In this document: positions 1 to 9,591 of the stretch, piece by piece
How positions within the stretch are numbered: the stretch's first letter is position 1
Layout: every line of letters starts with the position of its first letter
Assembly (NCBI GenBank): GCA_045631825.1
Contig: JAZQVQ010000121.1
Location: forward strand, 1,129 to 65,128
DNA from: Eubacteriales bacterium
Lineage (GTDB): Bacteria; Bacillota; Clostridia; Oscillospirales; CAG-382
Length of the DNA: 64,000 nt
Reading direction: 5' to 3'
Program-made: the position numbers and the translations under genes
Notes under the pieces: model-generated
The model's database searches: none
What the model was told of the DNA's origin: nothing
Seen by the model: the letters and a program-made list of their open reading frames with translations, nothing else

Positions 1-120
1 CTGTTGAACAAATATGAAAGGGTTGAGAAAGAAACAACTCATCCTTATATTAAAACGATAGCGAAACAACGACAGACATCAATAATGGATTTATTGGGAT
101 TTAGGGAAAAAGAAAGATGA
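1..120 (+). CDS. 3' end of an upstream CDS (partial, hypothetical)
   Basis: Frame 1 is open from the window edge to TGA at 118-120. The stop overlaps the next start (ATGA). Confidence 0.4.
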   Translation: MLNKYERVEKETTHPYIKTIAKQRQTSIMDLLGFREKER

Positions 121-356
121 GTGTGTCCGCTTTAAATAGCCACTATCGGAAAGAAATCAGACAAGGTAATTATCCGATATGCTATTTGTGCGGACAACCT
201 ATCACGAAACAAAACGAAGTCAGTCAAGACCATTTAATCCCGAAATGTATATCACACGATAACCGACGAATAAACCTAGTGGTGACTCATAAGTTGTGTA
301 ATAACGCAAGAGGGTGTATGTCGGTTCAGGAGTGGTTTGATAGACAAAGGTCTTGA
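117..356 (+). CDS. HNH endonuclease
   Basis: 79 aa. CYLCG ... DHLIPK ... NLVVTHKLCNNARG gives an H-N-H core with flanking cysteines. Confidence 0.8.
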   Translation: MSVSALNSHYRKEIRQGNYPICYLCGQPITKQNEVSQDHLIPKCISHDNRRINLVVTHKLCNNARGCMSVQEWFDRQRS

Positions 357-381
357 CATTCCATTCTTTATACTGTATAAA
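353..381 (+). promoter_or_regulatory. sigma70-type promoter candidate
   Basis: TTGACA (353-358), 17-nt spacer, TATAAA (376-381). It overlaps the HNH stop codon. Confidence 0.4.
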
Positions 382-457
382 TGAATACAGGTGAAACCAA
401 CACACCTTTCATTTGTTGGGATTTTTATAGATTTACCTTTGTTAAAATTAGCTGTGG

Positions 458-493
458 CACCCCAGAAATTATTTTTGGGGTGTTTTCATTTTT
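458..493 (+). terminator. intrinsic terminator
   Basis: CACCCCAGAAA / TTTTTGGGGTG stem with a 3-nt loop, followed by TTTTCATTTTT. Confidence 0.7.
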
Positions 494-496
494 AAC

Positions 497-525
497 TTGA
501 CACTGTTTTCATTTTGTTATATAAC
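497..525 (+). promoter_or_regulatory. sigma70-type promoter
   Basis: TTGACA (497-502), 17-nt spacer, TATAAC (520-525), just upstream of the 548 start. Confidence 0.55.
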
Positions 526-547
526 TATCATTGTGAAAGGGGTTACT

Positions 548-934
548 ATGAATTACTGTTTTGATTTGATAGATAAAAAATTCGACATACCAAAATTGGT
601 ATGTGAGATAGCAGAACGTGTTAAAACCGAGGCTTCTTACGGTATTCACACTGCTCGTATTACAAACTTAACGTTGCTCGCAGGGAAAGTCACCGTAGAG
701 TTCCATATTTCCGGAACTGACTACGCAACGTTTACATATAGATTAGATGTTCCGTACTTTGAAAACGCTTTTCGTGAATTGATTTCTATGATGGGTTGTA
801 GAGAAGAACCACCTTACTGGGACGAGTTTGAGTTTCGTGAATTTCTGAAACGAATCGTTGAAAATAATAAAGAAACCCAATTTAAAATTCATCACAATTT
901 CGATTCTCTTGTTATTTTAGGAAAGGTAATTTAA
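548..934 (+). CDS. hypothetical protein
   Basis: ATG at 548 preceded by GAAAGGGG. It abuts the polymerase start. The track ORF 497..934 begins inside the promoter. Confidence 0.6.
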   Translation: MNYCFDLIDKKFDIPKLVCEIAERVKTEASYGIHTARITNLTLLAGKVTVEFHISGTDYATFTYRLDVPYFENAFRELISMMGCREEPPYWDEFEFREFLKRIVENNKETQFKIHHNFDSLVILGKVI

Positions 935-2686
935 ATGATTTTAGTGTACGATACAGAAGTTTTCAAATACGATTGGATGTTGGTCGCAGTCGATTTGATG
1001 ACAAAGGAAGAAACCGTTATTATCAACGATTCGCAAAGACTGAAAGATTTTTACGAATCGCATAAAAATTATATATGGGTGGGTTTTAACTCTCGTCATT
1101 ACGATACTTGGATTATAAGAGCGTTGTTGAAAGATTATAACCCGTATGATATGTCCAAATGGATTATCCAAGCAGATAAAAAGGGTTGGGAATATGACCG
1201 TTCTCTATCCAAAATCCAACATTACGATTACGATGCCCGTTGGTCGAACATTGTCCCCGGGTTAAAGACTTTAGAGGCCTTTATGGGGGACGATATTCGT
1301 GAAACAACGGTGTCCTTCGATATAGACAGACCTTTAACCGAAGAAGAATTACAAAGAACGTTGAAATATTGCCGTCACGACGTGAACGAAACGATGAAGG
1401 TGTTTGCTCACGCAAAGAACGAATTTAACGCACATTTCAGCCTCGTGAAAGAATTTAATTTGGAATTAGCCACGGTCAGTAAAACGAACGCACAGTTGAC
1501 TGCTTTGATTTTAAATGCGCAACGTACAGAACGGAACGATGAATGGGATTTTGAATTAGAAGAACCTTGCAATCTCCTGAAAAAATATAAATACATCGCA
1601 GATTGGTTCCGTGACCCTGCGAATCGTAATCCGACTGCAAGTTTTGAAACAGAGGTTGCAGGCATTCCGATTAAATATGCTTGGGGTGGTTGTCACGGTG
1701 CGAAACCCAATTATTTCGCTTCCGGTAATTTCGTTCACTGCGACGTGAACTCTTATTACCCCAGTCTTATGATTGAATGGGGGTTATTGTCCAGAAACTG
1801 CCGCACGCCTGAAAAGTTCAAAGAGATTTATGAAAAACGTCTGGCGTTAAAACGTGCCGGTAAAAAAGCAGAACAGGCCCCGTATAAAGTTATTTTGAAC
1901 TCGACATACGGTGCGAGTGGGGATAAGAATAACGCTTTATTTGACCCAAGACAGGCTCATCGGGTATGCGCCAACGGACAAATCTTTTTAACACTCCTCA
2001 TTGAAATGATGGAAGGTGTTGCAGAGGCATTCAACGTGAATACCGATGGTGTGTTCTTCAACATCACAGATTTGAGTAAGTTGGATGATTATTACCGCAT
2101 TTGTAAAGAATGGGAACAAATTACAAGAATGGGTTTGGGACACGACAAATACACTCGTGTATGGCAACGTGATGTTAACAACTATATCATCGAATTGGAA
2201 AATGGTGAGTTAGAACAGAAAGGCGCTGTGGTTAAAAACACATCGGTGTTGGATAACGACTTACCTATTGTGAACAAAGCCGTTGTGAATTGGTTTGTTC
2301 GTGGTGTTCCACCCGAAAAAACAATCCAAGACTGCAAGGATTTGCAAGAATTCCAAAAGGTGTTTAAGTTGTCCAACAAATATAATTACGCTATGCAGGG
2401 TTGTACCTTCCAGACGGTAAAAGGTAAAAAACTTTGGAACAGCGATGGGGTTGTTCTGAATGACAAATCTTACCGAGTCTTTGCGAGTAAAGAACCGACG
2501 GGTGCCGTTTACAAAAAGAAAACGGATAAGAATCCGGAAAAGTTCGCAAACTGCCCAGACAACTGCTTTATCGAGAACGATTCGGTTGCAGGTGTTAGTA
2601 CTGAAGATTATCCGCAGTTGGATAAACAATGGTATATTGACACAACTTGGTATCGAATCCGTCAATTCAAAGGAGAAGTGAAATGA
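935..2686 (+). CDS. DNA polymerase, family B (compact, with 3'-5' exonuclease domain)
   Basis: 583 aa. Exo motifs YDTEVF, FNSRHYD and YCRHDV. Polymerase motif A DVNSYYPSLM, motif B KVILNSTYGA, motif C NVNTDGVFF. Confidence 0.9.
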   Translation: MILVYDTEVFKYDWMLVAVDLMTKEETVIINDSQRLKDFYESHKNYIWVGFNSRHYDTWIIRALLKDYNPYDMSKWIIQADKKGWEYDRSLSKIQHYDYDARWSNIVPGLKTLEAFMGDDIRETTVSFDIDRPLTEEELQRTLKYCRHDVNETMKVFAHAKNEFNAHFSLVKEFNLELATVSKTNAQLTALILNAQRTERNDEWDFELEEPCNLLKKYKYIADWFRDPANRNPTASFETEVAGIPIKYAWGGCHGAKPNYFASGNFVHCDVNSYYPSLMIEWGLLSRNCRTPEKFKEIYEKRLALKRAGKKAEQAPYKVILNSTYGASGDKNNALFDPRQAHRVCANGQIFLTLLIEMMEGVAEAFNVNTDGVFFNITDLSKLDDYYRICKEWEQITRMGLGHDKYTRVWQRDVNNYIIELENGELEQKGAVVKNTSVLDNDLPIVNKAVVNWFVRGVPPEKTIQDCKDLQEFQKVFKLSNKYNYAMQGCTFQTVKGKKLWNSDGVVLNDKSYRVFASKEPTGAVYKKKTDKNPEKFANCPDNCFIENDSVAGVSTEDYPQLDKQWYIDTTWYRIRQFKGEVK

Positions 2687-3129
2687 AAAAATCTCCTCTT
2701 TGGAAACAATGTGAAAAAGTTGTATTCGAACATTTTAACAACGATTTTGGGAAACAATCCGTTGCGTATAGGTTCACGGACTCGGCCGACATAAATAGAC
2801 AATCTTACAAGAAAGGGGTACGATTCGTTGTAACTGAAATAACGAATCCGTCTGATTTCATAGTAACGTGTAATGGGGTTACCTTTTTTGCGGAAGTCAA
2901 ATGCACTTCTGACGAAAAGGGGGTGAAACCGACCTTGCTCAAACAGCAGGGCGGTAGTCGCAGACGTATCACTGCGGCAGGTGGGGAATTCCTGTATTTT
3001 ATATACAGCGCTCATCACAAAGAATGGTACAAAGTTCACGCCAGCGATTTTATCGATAAGGACAAAACCGTAACGTGGGACGAATTGAAAAATTGTAAAT
3101 ACACAAAATTGAAAGGGAAATTGAAATGA
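2683..3129 (+). CDS. PD-(D/E)XK-type nuclease (possible junction resolvase)
   Basis: ATGA overlap with the pol stop and GGAG 9 nt upstream. PSDFIV ... FFAEVKC resembles a D...E-x-K nuclease core. Confidence 0.5.
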   Translation: MKKSPLWKQCEKVVFEHFNNDFGKQSVAYRFTDSADINRQSYKKGVRFVVTEITNPSDFIVTCNGVTFFAEVKCTSDEKGVKPTLLKQQGGSRRRITAAGGEFLYFIYSAHHKEWYKVHASDFIDKDKTVTWDELKNCKYTKLKGKLK

Positions 3130-3665
3130 GAGACATTTGTGTCGACTTGGAAACGACCAGTACCGACCCGTATCACGGGGCAATCGTGCAAATCGGTGCG
3201 GTTAAATTTGATTTATTCACCGGTGAGGTTGGGGAAACATTCAGCGTTGCGTTGAAAATCCCTAAAAACAGGTTCTGGAGTGAGGGTACTCGTTCCTTTT
3301 GGGGTGAACGCCTCCCACTGTTTAACAGCATAACAGAGAACGCCGTAGAACCGAAAGAAGGGTTTACATCATTCATCGAGTGGGTGCAGAAAACACCAGA
3401 CCCACATTTTTGGGCTAAACCTATTACATTTGATTTTAACTGGGTGCAATCTTACTGCGACCAGTATGATATTAAAATCCCGTTTGCCTTCTGGAAAGCA
3501 CGTGATTTGCGGTCGTTTATGTTGGGTGTGTACGCACCGGAACCTTTACCGAGAATTACAATGAAAGGGTCTCTACTCGAACACGATGCTTTATCGGACG
3601 CTTTGAGTGAGGCGATGTGGGCTATCGAAACTTATCGTGAATTAAGAAAGAGGAAAAACAAATGA
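3126..3665 (+). CDS. DEDDh 3'-5' exonuclease (DnaQ-like)
   Basis: ICVDLETTS (DxE), PITFDFNWV, and HDALSDALSEA (H-x4-D). Confidence 0.75.
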   Translation: MRDICVDLETTSTDPYHGAIVQIGAVKFDLFTGEVGETFSVALKIPKNRFWSEGTRSFWGERLPLFNSITENAVEPKEGFTSFIEWVQKTPDPHFWAKPITFDFNWVQSYCDQYDIKIPFAFWKARDLRSFMLGVYAPEPLPRITMKGSLLEHDALSDALSEAMWAIETYRELRKRKNK

Positions 3666-4114
3666 ACAAATATTATCATTTACACCGAGAGGAATACAAA
3701 AAAACCGCATTGGAGTATTATGAAAAAAACAAAGAAGAAAGGAAAAAGAAGATGAATGAATATTACCAAACCCATAGAGAAGAAATCTTAAAAAAAGCGA
3801 AAGAAAAGAATTCAAAATACATAGCCAAAAGTAAGAAATACAAAACCGAGGAGGGGTTGTGGCGCTTGCTGAACTCTGTCGCAAAGAAAAACAACCTGAT
3901 GATTGGTTATAATGCCGACCGTATTGTTTCGGCAAAACTCCGAATGTTGAAGGATGATTTAAAACGTTGTCCGTGCGACAACAACCCCGAATCGTTGCGT
4001 TGGTGTGGTTCTGAAAAATGTATCACCGAATGTAAACAAAACGGGAAATGTCATTGTGGTTTATTTTATTACAATAAAAACGAGGTAAAAGCCAATGCGA
4101 TTGTTGAAGACTGA
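3662..4114 (+). CDS. hypothetical protein, Lys/Glu-rich N-terminus, Cys-rich C-terminus
   Basis: 150 aa with an internal duplication of a YY..(H/T)REE / YYEKNKEE motif. C-terminal CPCD...CGSEKC..C...GKCHC cluster. Confidence 0.6.
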   Translation: MNKYYHLHREEYKKTALEYYEKNKEERKKKMNEYYQTHREEILKKAKEKNSKYIAKSKKYKTEEGLWRLLNSVAKKNNLMIGYNADRIVSAKLRMLKDDLKRCPCDNNPESLRWCGSEKCITECKQNGKCHCGLFYYNKNEVKANAIVED

Positions 4115-5000
4115 AACTTGTGTGTTGGTTGGGGACATACACCTCGGCCGTACTTTCAAAACGGGTGTCCCATTGGATAGACGTGGTGAGATTGAGGAAA
4201 CTTTCAAAAGTGCTTTTGTAGAAAGTTTGAAGGCGTGTGAAGGGAGGAAATTGTACGTGCAATTAGGTGACCTTTTCGACAATTTCAAAGTACCGTACGA
4301 TTTACTGCTGTGGACTTACGAAACGATTACGGATTACCGCCGTTTGGACTGTGAATATTATTTCATAGCAGGAAATCACGATTTGTCACGTAATCCGGAA
4401 GATGTGTCTGCCATACAGGTGTTGGCTTTGATGTTGGAGTCAATCCCCAACGTTCACTTTGTGTTAAATGATGTTGTGAACTTACCAGCGTTTGGCTTTT
4501 CTTTGGTGCCGTGGAGTTACAGCAAACCCCTTGAGGAATTACTGAAATGTTGTACCACGAACTACATTCTGGGACATTTCGAAGAACCTTTAAATCCGGC
4601 TGTGGTCGCCTCAGATTCAAACTTTATAAGCGGACACATTCATTTACCTCATCTAAACGGGAACGTGAACTTCATAGGTAGTATTTTACCGATAGCATTC
4701 GGCGAAAACGACTGCAACGACGAAGGGATGATTACGGTAACGCTCGATGAACTCGAAGGGATGAAAGAGGAGGATTTGAGTCAGCGCCGTGTTCGGGTTA
4801 TTTTGAAAAACGATGAAACGTTGCCGGCAGACATCAACTGCTTGCAGTTAATCGCCAAAAAAGAAACCTCTGAGGAAGAAGGTGTACAATTAGAAGTTAA
4901 TTTAGAAGAATTTAATTTTGAAGAATTATTTAGAAAATATCTGGGGCCGTCCGGTAAAACAGATGAGTTGTGGGCAAAATATTTACGATTGAAAGGATGA
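4095..5000 (+). CDS. SbcD/Mre11-family nuclease
   Basis: Calcineurin-fold motifs VGDIHLG, LGDLFD, AGNHD, GHFE, GHIHLPH. It is adjacent to a Rad50-like ATPase. Confidence 0.85.
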   Translation: MRLLKTETCVLVGDIHLGRTFKTGVPLDRRGEIEETFKSAFVESLKACEGRKLYVQLGDLFDNFKVPYDLLLWTYETITDYRRLDCEYYFIAGNHDLSRNPEDVSAIQVLALMLESIPNVHFVLNDVVNLPAFGFSLVPWSYSKPLEELLKCCTTNYILGHFEEPLNPAVVASDSNFISGHIHLPHLNGNVNFIGSILPIAFGENDCNDEGMITVTLDELEGMKEEDLSQRRVRVILKNDETLPADINCLQLIAKKETSEEEGVQLEVNLEEFNFEELFRKYLGPSGKTDELWAKYLRLKG

Positions 5001-5007
5001 ATGTATT

Positions 5008-6891
5008 ATGATTAAAAGATTATTATTGGAGAATTTCGTTAAACACGAGCACAGAGAGATAATATTCGAAAAAGGTTTAACCGCTATTTCGGGTAAAAAC
5101 GGTGGTGGGAAATCCTTAATCCAAGAGGCGATTCGTTTTGCTTTGTTCGGAACGGCCGCACTTCGGGGTAAAGTAACCGATTACGATAAACGTTTAAAGG
5201 TGACGATGAGTTGTCAAATCGGGGACAAGGAGTATGAAATCATCCGGACTTTGAAAGACTGCTCGTTCAATGGCGTTGTGGGTACGACTGCTTGCAACAA
5301 GGCTATCGAGGATGTCTTGGGTTTCGGTATGAATGTTTTTGATATGGGTTGTTGCGCTAAGCAGTCTGAAATCACACGTTTGGGTGATATGAAACCGACG
5401 GAACGTAAACAAGCGGTTGACAAACTCATCGGTTTAGATACTTTAGAACTATTGAGAAAAGAAGTAAAGCAAACTATATCTGAATTACGGGGACGTAAAG
5501 AAGGGCTGGAACGATATATGACAGAACCAGTTGAGCCGACAAAACCCCTAGGCTACGTCCCCAGTTCCCAACTCGAAACGGAATTGCGTACGGCGCTCGA
5601 CAATAAAGCAAGACACGACGCTTTAATCGAAACGTTTATGGCTTGTCCGCAAATCCCACCGGTTGAACCCACTTTCGATATGGAAAAACCGGCAGGAGAC
5701 CCCACGACAAAACATTTAAAAAATATGTTAGCCAATACGGTAGCACGACTGCTCGCACTTGGCGCAGACCAACCTTGTCTTGAAGACACCGGTTTGCTCG
5801 AACGTGAATTGGAACATACCCTTGCGTGGGAAAAGTTTTTGGATTTAGAACAACCCACTATGATAGAGGAGGAATGTACTCGAATCGAAGAAGAATGGCT
5901 CGAATACAACTCTTGGTTACGTTCTGAAAAAGTCACGTGTCCGAAATGTGGGGAAACGTTCGCTCTCAGCGGTGTAAGTGAGAAAGAAAAACCGAGCGTT
6001 GATTTAGAGGAAGTGAAAAGACAGAAAGCGTTGATAACACAATGGCGTTTGCGCCCCACCTGTCCGAAACCGACGGGGGAACTGGGACCAGAGCAGTTGC
6101 GTTCTAAAATAGATGCAGTCCGTGAAAAGAGGAAAAACCACGAGGCCTATTTGGAAGTAATTGCTGATTTGGCTAAAATCGAACCCTGTGATTATGATGC
6201 TTGGGATAGATACAACGAAGCGGAAAAGAACTATCGTATCCTGAAAAACAAGTACGACCTCGAACTGCGTGCATATCAACACGGCCAAGAATTGCTGGGT
6301 AAAATAGCAGAGTTGTCTGAAAAGATTAAAGGTGTCGAAATCGAGCAGTTACAAGAACTACACCGGACGTTCTTGCAGTACGAAACAGAACACGCCACCT
6401 ATCTCACGTTGAAGAAACGGTACGACGAGTTGGTGGTCGAACACAACGAACTGGAAAAAGAACTCGAATGTTACACGAAAGCGGACGAAGGTTTGGTTGA
6501 ACTCAAATCGAAAATCAAACTATACGTCATCCCTTCACTGCAAAAGGTGGCGACAGAACTCGTTACCGAAATGACGGAAGGTGAACTCAACGAAATGAAG
6601 ATAACGGAAGATTTCGAAGTCACGTTGAATGGCAAGGAATTAAATCTCTTATCCGGTTCGGAAAAAGCGGTTGCCAATTTGGCGTTGCGTTTGGGTTTAG
6701 GGTGTGTTTTGACACACAAAATCTTCAACGTCTTTTTGGGGGACGAAATCGACGAATCGATGTCGGATGAACGTGCAACGTTAGTGTCCGATTCGTTACA
6801 TAAACTGTTGGGACAAATCAACCAAATTATTCTGATTTCTCATAAAGATATTGTAGCAGACCATTATATTTCTGTTGACAATAAGGAATAA
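5008..6891 (+). CDS. SbcC/Rad50-family ATPase
   Basis: Walker A GKNGGGKS, long coiled coil with a central CPKCG zinc-hook-like motif, signature LSGSEKAVANLALRLG, Walker B FLGDEIDE. Confidence 0.85.
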   Translation: MIKRLLLENFVKHEHREIIFEKGLTAISGKNGGGKSLIQEAIRFALFGTAALRGKVTDYDKRLKVTMSCQIGDKEYEIIRTLKDCSFNGVVGTTACNKAIEDVLGFGMNVFDMGCCAKQSEITRLGDMKPTERKQAVDKLIGLDTLELLRKEVKQTISELRGRKEGLERYMTEPVEPTKPLGYVPSSQLETELRTALDNKARHDALIETFMACPQIPPVEPTFDMEKPAGDPTTKHLKNMLANTVARLLALGADQPCLEDTGLLERELEHTLAWEKFLDLEQPTMIEEECTRIEEEWLEYNSWLRSEKVTCPKCGETFALSGVSEKEKPSVDLEEVKRQKALITQWRLRPTCPKPTGELGPEQLRSKIDAVREKRKNHEAYLEVIADLAKIEPCDYDAWDRYNEAEKNYRILKNKYDLELRAYQHGQELLGKIAELSEKIKGVEIEQLQELHRTFLQYETEHATYLTLKKRYDELVVEHNELEKELECYTKADEGLVELKSKIKLYVIPSLQKVATELVTEMTEGELNEMKITEDFEVTLNGKELNLLSGSEKAVANLALRLGLGCVLTHKIFNVFLGDEIDESMSDERATLVSDSLHKLLGQINQIILISHKDIVADHYISVDNKE

Positions 6892-6970
6892 GTGTGTTAT
6901 TGTAGATTTAGGAAAACGAAATACCCCCGACATTCAGACATAACTCGTTTTCCTAAAATAGAAACCCCCG

Positions 6971-6999
6971 TTACGCACCCAGACTTTTTGGGTGCGTAA
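6971..6999. terminator. hairpin at the convergence of the plus and minus arms (bidirectional terminator candidate)
   Basis: TTACGCACCCA / TGGGTGCGTAA, an 11-bp perfect stem with a 7-nt loop, between the stops at 6891 (+) and 7001 (-). Confidence 0.6.
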
Positions 7000-7000
7000 T

Positions 7001-8497
7001 TTAAATTCCGATATATGCGTTTATGTTACGTAAGAAGTCGTACACTTTTTGTAAGGCGTTTGTGTCGTTTAAACGGGGACCCAAATCCCGAATGGAAAAA
7101 TAACCATTTGTTCCGGTATAATTTGTACCTGCGTGTACGTTTGATGTTCCGTATTGGAAACTGGGTACACCACCGTTCGTTATTCCGTATTTATCTTCCA
7201 ATAAGGATTTAACAGCCGGTGCGGTTGAGATTCCACTGTGGATGTGAATTGCTGCGTGACCTGCGTTTCCGTTACCCCGAACCGTTGTGGAGTGTATCGT
7301 AAATACCCCACCGTTGTTCGTGTTTACAGTTAACGTACCACCAGCGCCTATAACAGGCGAGCCACCGTGCCACCCATCCGAATTACCAGTACCCGTTGTT
7401 AAAGCACCGCCACCTGCGTTTATTAACGTTGTGTTCGTGTCAACGTAAACGAAAGTGGAGTTCGTTCCGGCGTAACCACCGTTACCACCAAAACCGGCCT
7501 TACCCATTGTACATTTATAAGTACCACGTTTGAGGTAGACAATTCCAGCGAATGCGGCACCACCACCACTCGATAGGTGATAGTAAGAGTTCGTTCCAGA
7601 ACTTTCCCCGCCGTTTGCGTAACCACCGCTCGCACCGGATATAATGAGTTCAAAATACGAAGGCGTTTCCACCGTGAATGTTAACGGTGTCGCAACAGTC
7701 GGACTTAACGATTGGTTGAAGTTCTGATTGAATAATGACAATTTTCTGGGCAACAATATGCGTTTGTTTGCGTTGAAGTCGCTTTCTGCGTTCGCACCCT
7801 TCGTCGTCAAATTACCCGTACTTGTATATAAAATCGCATCGGGGTTTTGCCATAACACTGAAAAGAGTTCTTTGTACGCAACGTTTCTATACGTCCCACC
7901 AGACAAATTCCCACCCATAGTAAACCCGTCACCCAGCAGTAGACATCCGTTGCGAGTGTCGTTGCGATAACTGTAAAAAATATCACCCGTGCTGAATTGG
8001 TCGTCCACGAGAATGCTTGCTTTGAATTTGGATAGCGTTAATTCCTCATCCGGAATATCGGACCCGTCTATTTTATTCTGCAACGCCAACTCACCCAAAC
8101 CGATTGAGTTCCGGCAGTCCGTTACATTTGTGGTTTTGAAATTGTTGTTGAAAAACTTGCTCATCGTAACGAAAGCGTTGTGGGATATTAAACCTTGACC
8201 GCTCACAGCAACGCCAGCAAATCTTGTTAAATTCTCATTTAAAGGTTGCATTACTCGTTTGATTGAATCCGAATTCGCAATCCTGTGGGAAAAATCTATT
8301 ACAACATCATCTTTTGAGTCGTGCACCGTGTTCAACGTTTTGGTTGCTAAGTTCAGATAAAAAAGATATTGTATAGGCGAAGTGAACGCTGTATATCCGC
8401 TCATTGTTGAAAGAACTGCTCGGTCTCTTTCCAACAAACGCAAAAGACCGGTGTCTATGTAATCTGTGCTTGAAACGTCCTCAAATACCCTACTCAT
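7001..8497 (-). CDS. tail fibre protein with glycine-rich distal domain
   Basis: 498 aa. The N-terminus (FEDVSSTDYI..LLRLLERD) is paralogous to the upstream ORF. It has a long GGxG/GNGG-rich region and is the last gene of the late operon. Confidence 0.7.
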   Translation of the reverse strand: MSRVFEDVSSTDYIDTGLLRLLERDRAVLSTMSGYTAFTSPIQYLFYLNLATKTLNTVHDSKDDVVIDFSHRIANSDSIKRVMQPLNENLTRFAGVAVSGQGLISHNAFVTMSKFFNNNFKTTNVTDCRNSIGLGELALQNKIDGSDIPDEELTLSKFKASILVDDQFSTGDIFYSYRNDTRNGCLLLGDGFTMGGNLSGGTYRNVAYKELFSVLWQNPDAILYTSTGNLTTKGANAESDFNANKRILLPRKLSLFNQNFNQSLSPTVATPLTFTVETPSYFELIISGASGGYANGGESSGTNSYYHLSSGGGAAFAGIVYLKRGTYKCTMGKAGFGGNGGYAGTNSTFVYVDTNTTLINAGGGALTTGTGNSDGWHGGSPVIGAGGTLTVNTNNGGVFTIHSTTVRGNGNAGHAAIHIHSGISTAPAVKSLLEDKYGITNGGVPSFQYGTSNVHAGTNYTGTNGYFSIRDLGPRLNDTNALQKVYDFLRNINAYIGI

Positions 8498-9321
8498 TAT
8501 ATTTTTATCCTATATTTTGTCGTTAAAGATAAAGGGTTGATGTTGCTTAAAAAGGTTATTGTTTTGTTTTCTGTCCAGTCGGCTTCAGCGCTGGCACCTT
8601 TACCGGAAGAAATGGAGAAAGAGTCCCCAATCCAATTCCACAAGAGAACGAATAAATCGTGGTATTGTGCGCCTTTATATGAGGCGTTTGAACCGGAACT
8701 GCCTATAGAGGAATTAACGGTCATATCAATCCAACCGTCTTCATTTCCGGCGTAAGAGAATACTTCTTTTATATCACCTGTTTTGAATGCGTGTTCTGCC
8801 GATATGGGGGTGAACGCTAATTTTTCTAATGTAATTGTGTCGTCCGTGATGTCCGAATTTTCGATTTTAGATTTTGTCGCCAAAGCGCTTAAACCCAGCA
8901 ACGTTCTAACTGCTTGGGCGTTTGCAGACCCCAAGATGTTTTTACCCAACGTTGTAAGTTGGAAGGTCGACATTTCGCCGTCTTTTATGAAAAAAGGAAC
9001 TGCGTTTGCCTCGGAAGAGACGTTTGAGAAAGCCGTCAGGTTATCATTCAACGGTTGGTAGAGCGCCGCAACTTCTTCTGTGTTTAGAATAGGACTGCTG
9101 TAATCTAAGACAACCTCCCATTGAACTGGATTCGTTGAGGTTAAAACATATAGTGTCTTTAAATCGGTTCTGTTACAAATCCGACCTACCATATCTTCGG
9201 ATAAGGAAGTAGGGAAAGACGTACCGGAAGAAAACGTCACGGCGGATAAATCTCGGTTTAGCAGTTTACTCAACGAATCTTTAATAATGTCCGTCAGTTT
9301 AACGTCTTCAAATAAGTCCAT
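8497..9321 (-). CDS. tail fibre / fibre-anchor protein
   Basis: 274 aa. N-terminal FEDVKLTDII..LSKLLNRD is shared with 7001..8497. The stop/start overlaps at 8497. Confidence 0.6.
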   Translation of the reverse strand: MDLFEDVKLTDIIKDSLSKLLNRDLSAVTFSSGTSFPTSLSEDMVGRICNRTDLKTLYVLTSTNPVQWEVVLDYSSPILNTEEVAALYQPLNDNLTAFSNVSSEANAVPFFIKDGEMSTFQLTTLGKNILGSANAQAVRTLLGLSALATKSKIENSDITDDTITLEKLAFTPISAEHAFKTGDIKEVFSYAGNEDGWIDMTVNSSIGSSGSNASYKGAQYHDLFVLLWNWIGDSFSISSGKGASAEADWTENKTITFLSNINPLSLTTKYRIKI

Positions 9322-9334
9322 CTTTCCCTCTCTT

Positions 9335-9535
9335 TTATTTTTTCTTGTTCTCTTTTTGCTTTTCAGCGTACGTTTTAACGACGGGTTCGGCTTTTGTGAA
9401 CAAAGATTTTACTTTTGTCCAGAAAGCGTCATCCTTCGTTGTCGGTGTGAGGGTCGCAATAGCAACACCCAACGCAATGACCGCACCACAGATTGCTAAA
9501 ATAGATTCAAGATTGTTTGTAATAAAATCTAACAT
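9335..9535 (-). CDS. small single-TMD membrane protein (holin candidate)
   Basis: 66 aa with one hydrophobic helix (ILAICGAVIALGVAIATL) and a charged C-terminus. It is adjacent to the spanin-like and endolysin-like genes, and GAAGGAGG lies upstream. Confidence 0.4.
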   Translation of the reverse strand: MLDFITNNLESILAICGAVIALGVAIATLTPTTKDDAFWTKVKSLFTKAEPVVKTYAEKQKENKKK

Positions 9536-9559
9536 TTAGACCTCCTTCATTACAAAATC

Positions 9560-9588
9560 AAAATAACACAAAAAGAAACTCTTGTCAA
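9560..9588 (-). promoter_or_regulatory. sigma70-type promoter candidate (minus strand)
   Basis: Minus-strand TTGACA (9588-9583), 17-nt spacer, TATTTT (9565-9560). Confidence 0.4.
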
Positions 9589-9591
9589 CGA

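Noticed and set aside
381-499. 39-codon ORF between the HNH gene and the 497 promoter
   Set aside because: Its ATG sits within the candidate -10 hexamer, it has no Shine-Dalgarno sequence, and it runs through the terminator hairpin.
2662-3183. 173-aa minus-strand ORF
   Set aside because: It is antisense to two motif-supported plus-strand genes (the PD-(D/E)XK nuclease and the DEDD exonuclease), has no RBS, and has low-complexity composition.
5553-6059. 168-aa minus-strand ORF
   Set aside because: It lies entirely inside the Rad50-like gene on the opposite strand and has a Ser/Arg-rich composition typical of antisense frames.
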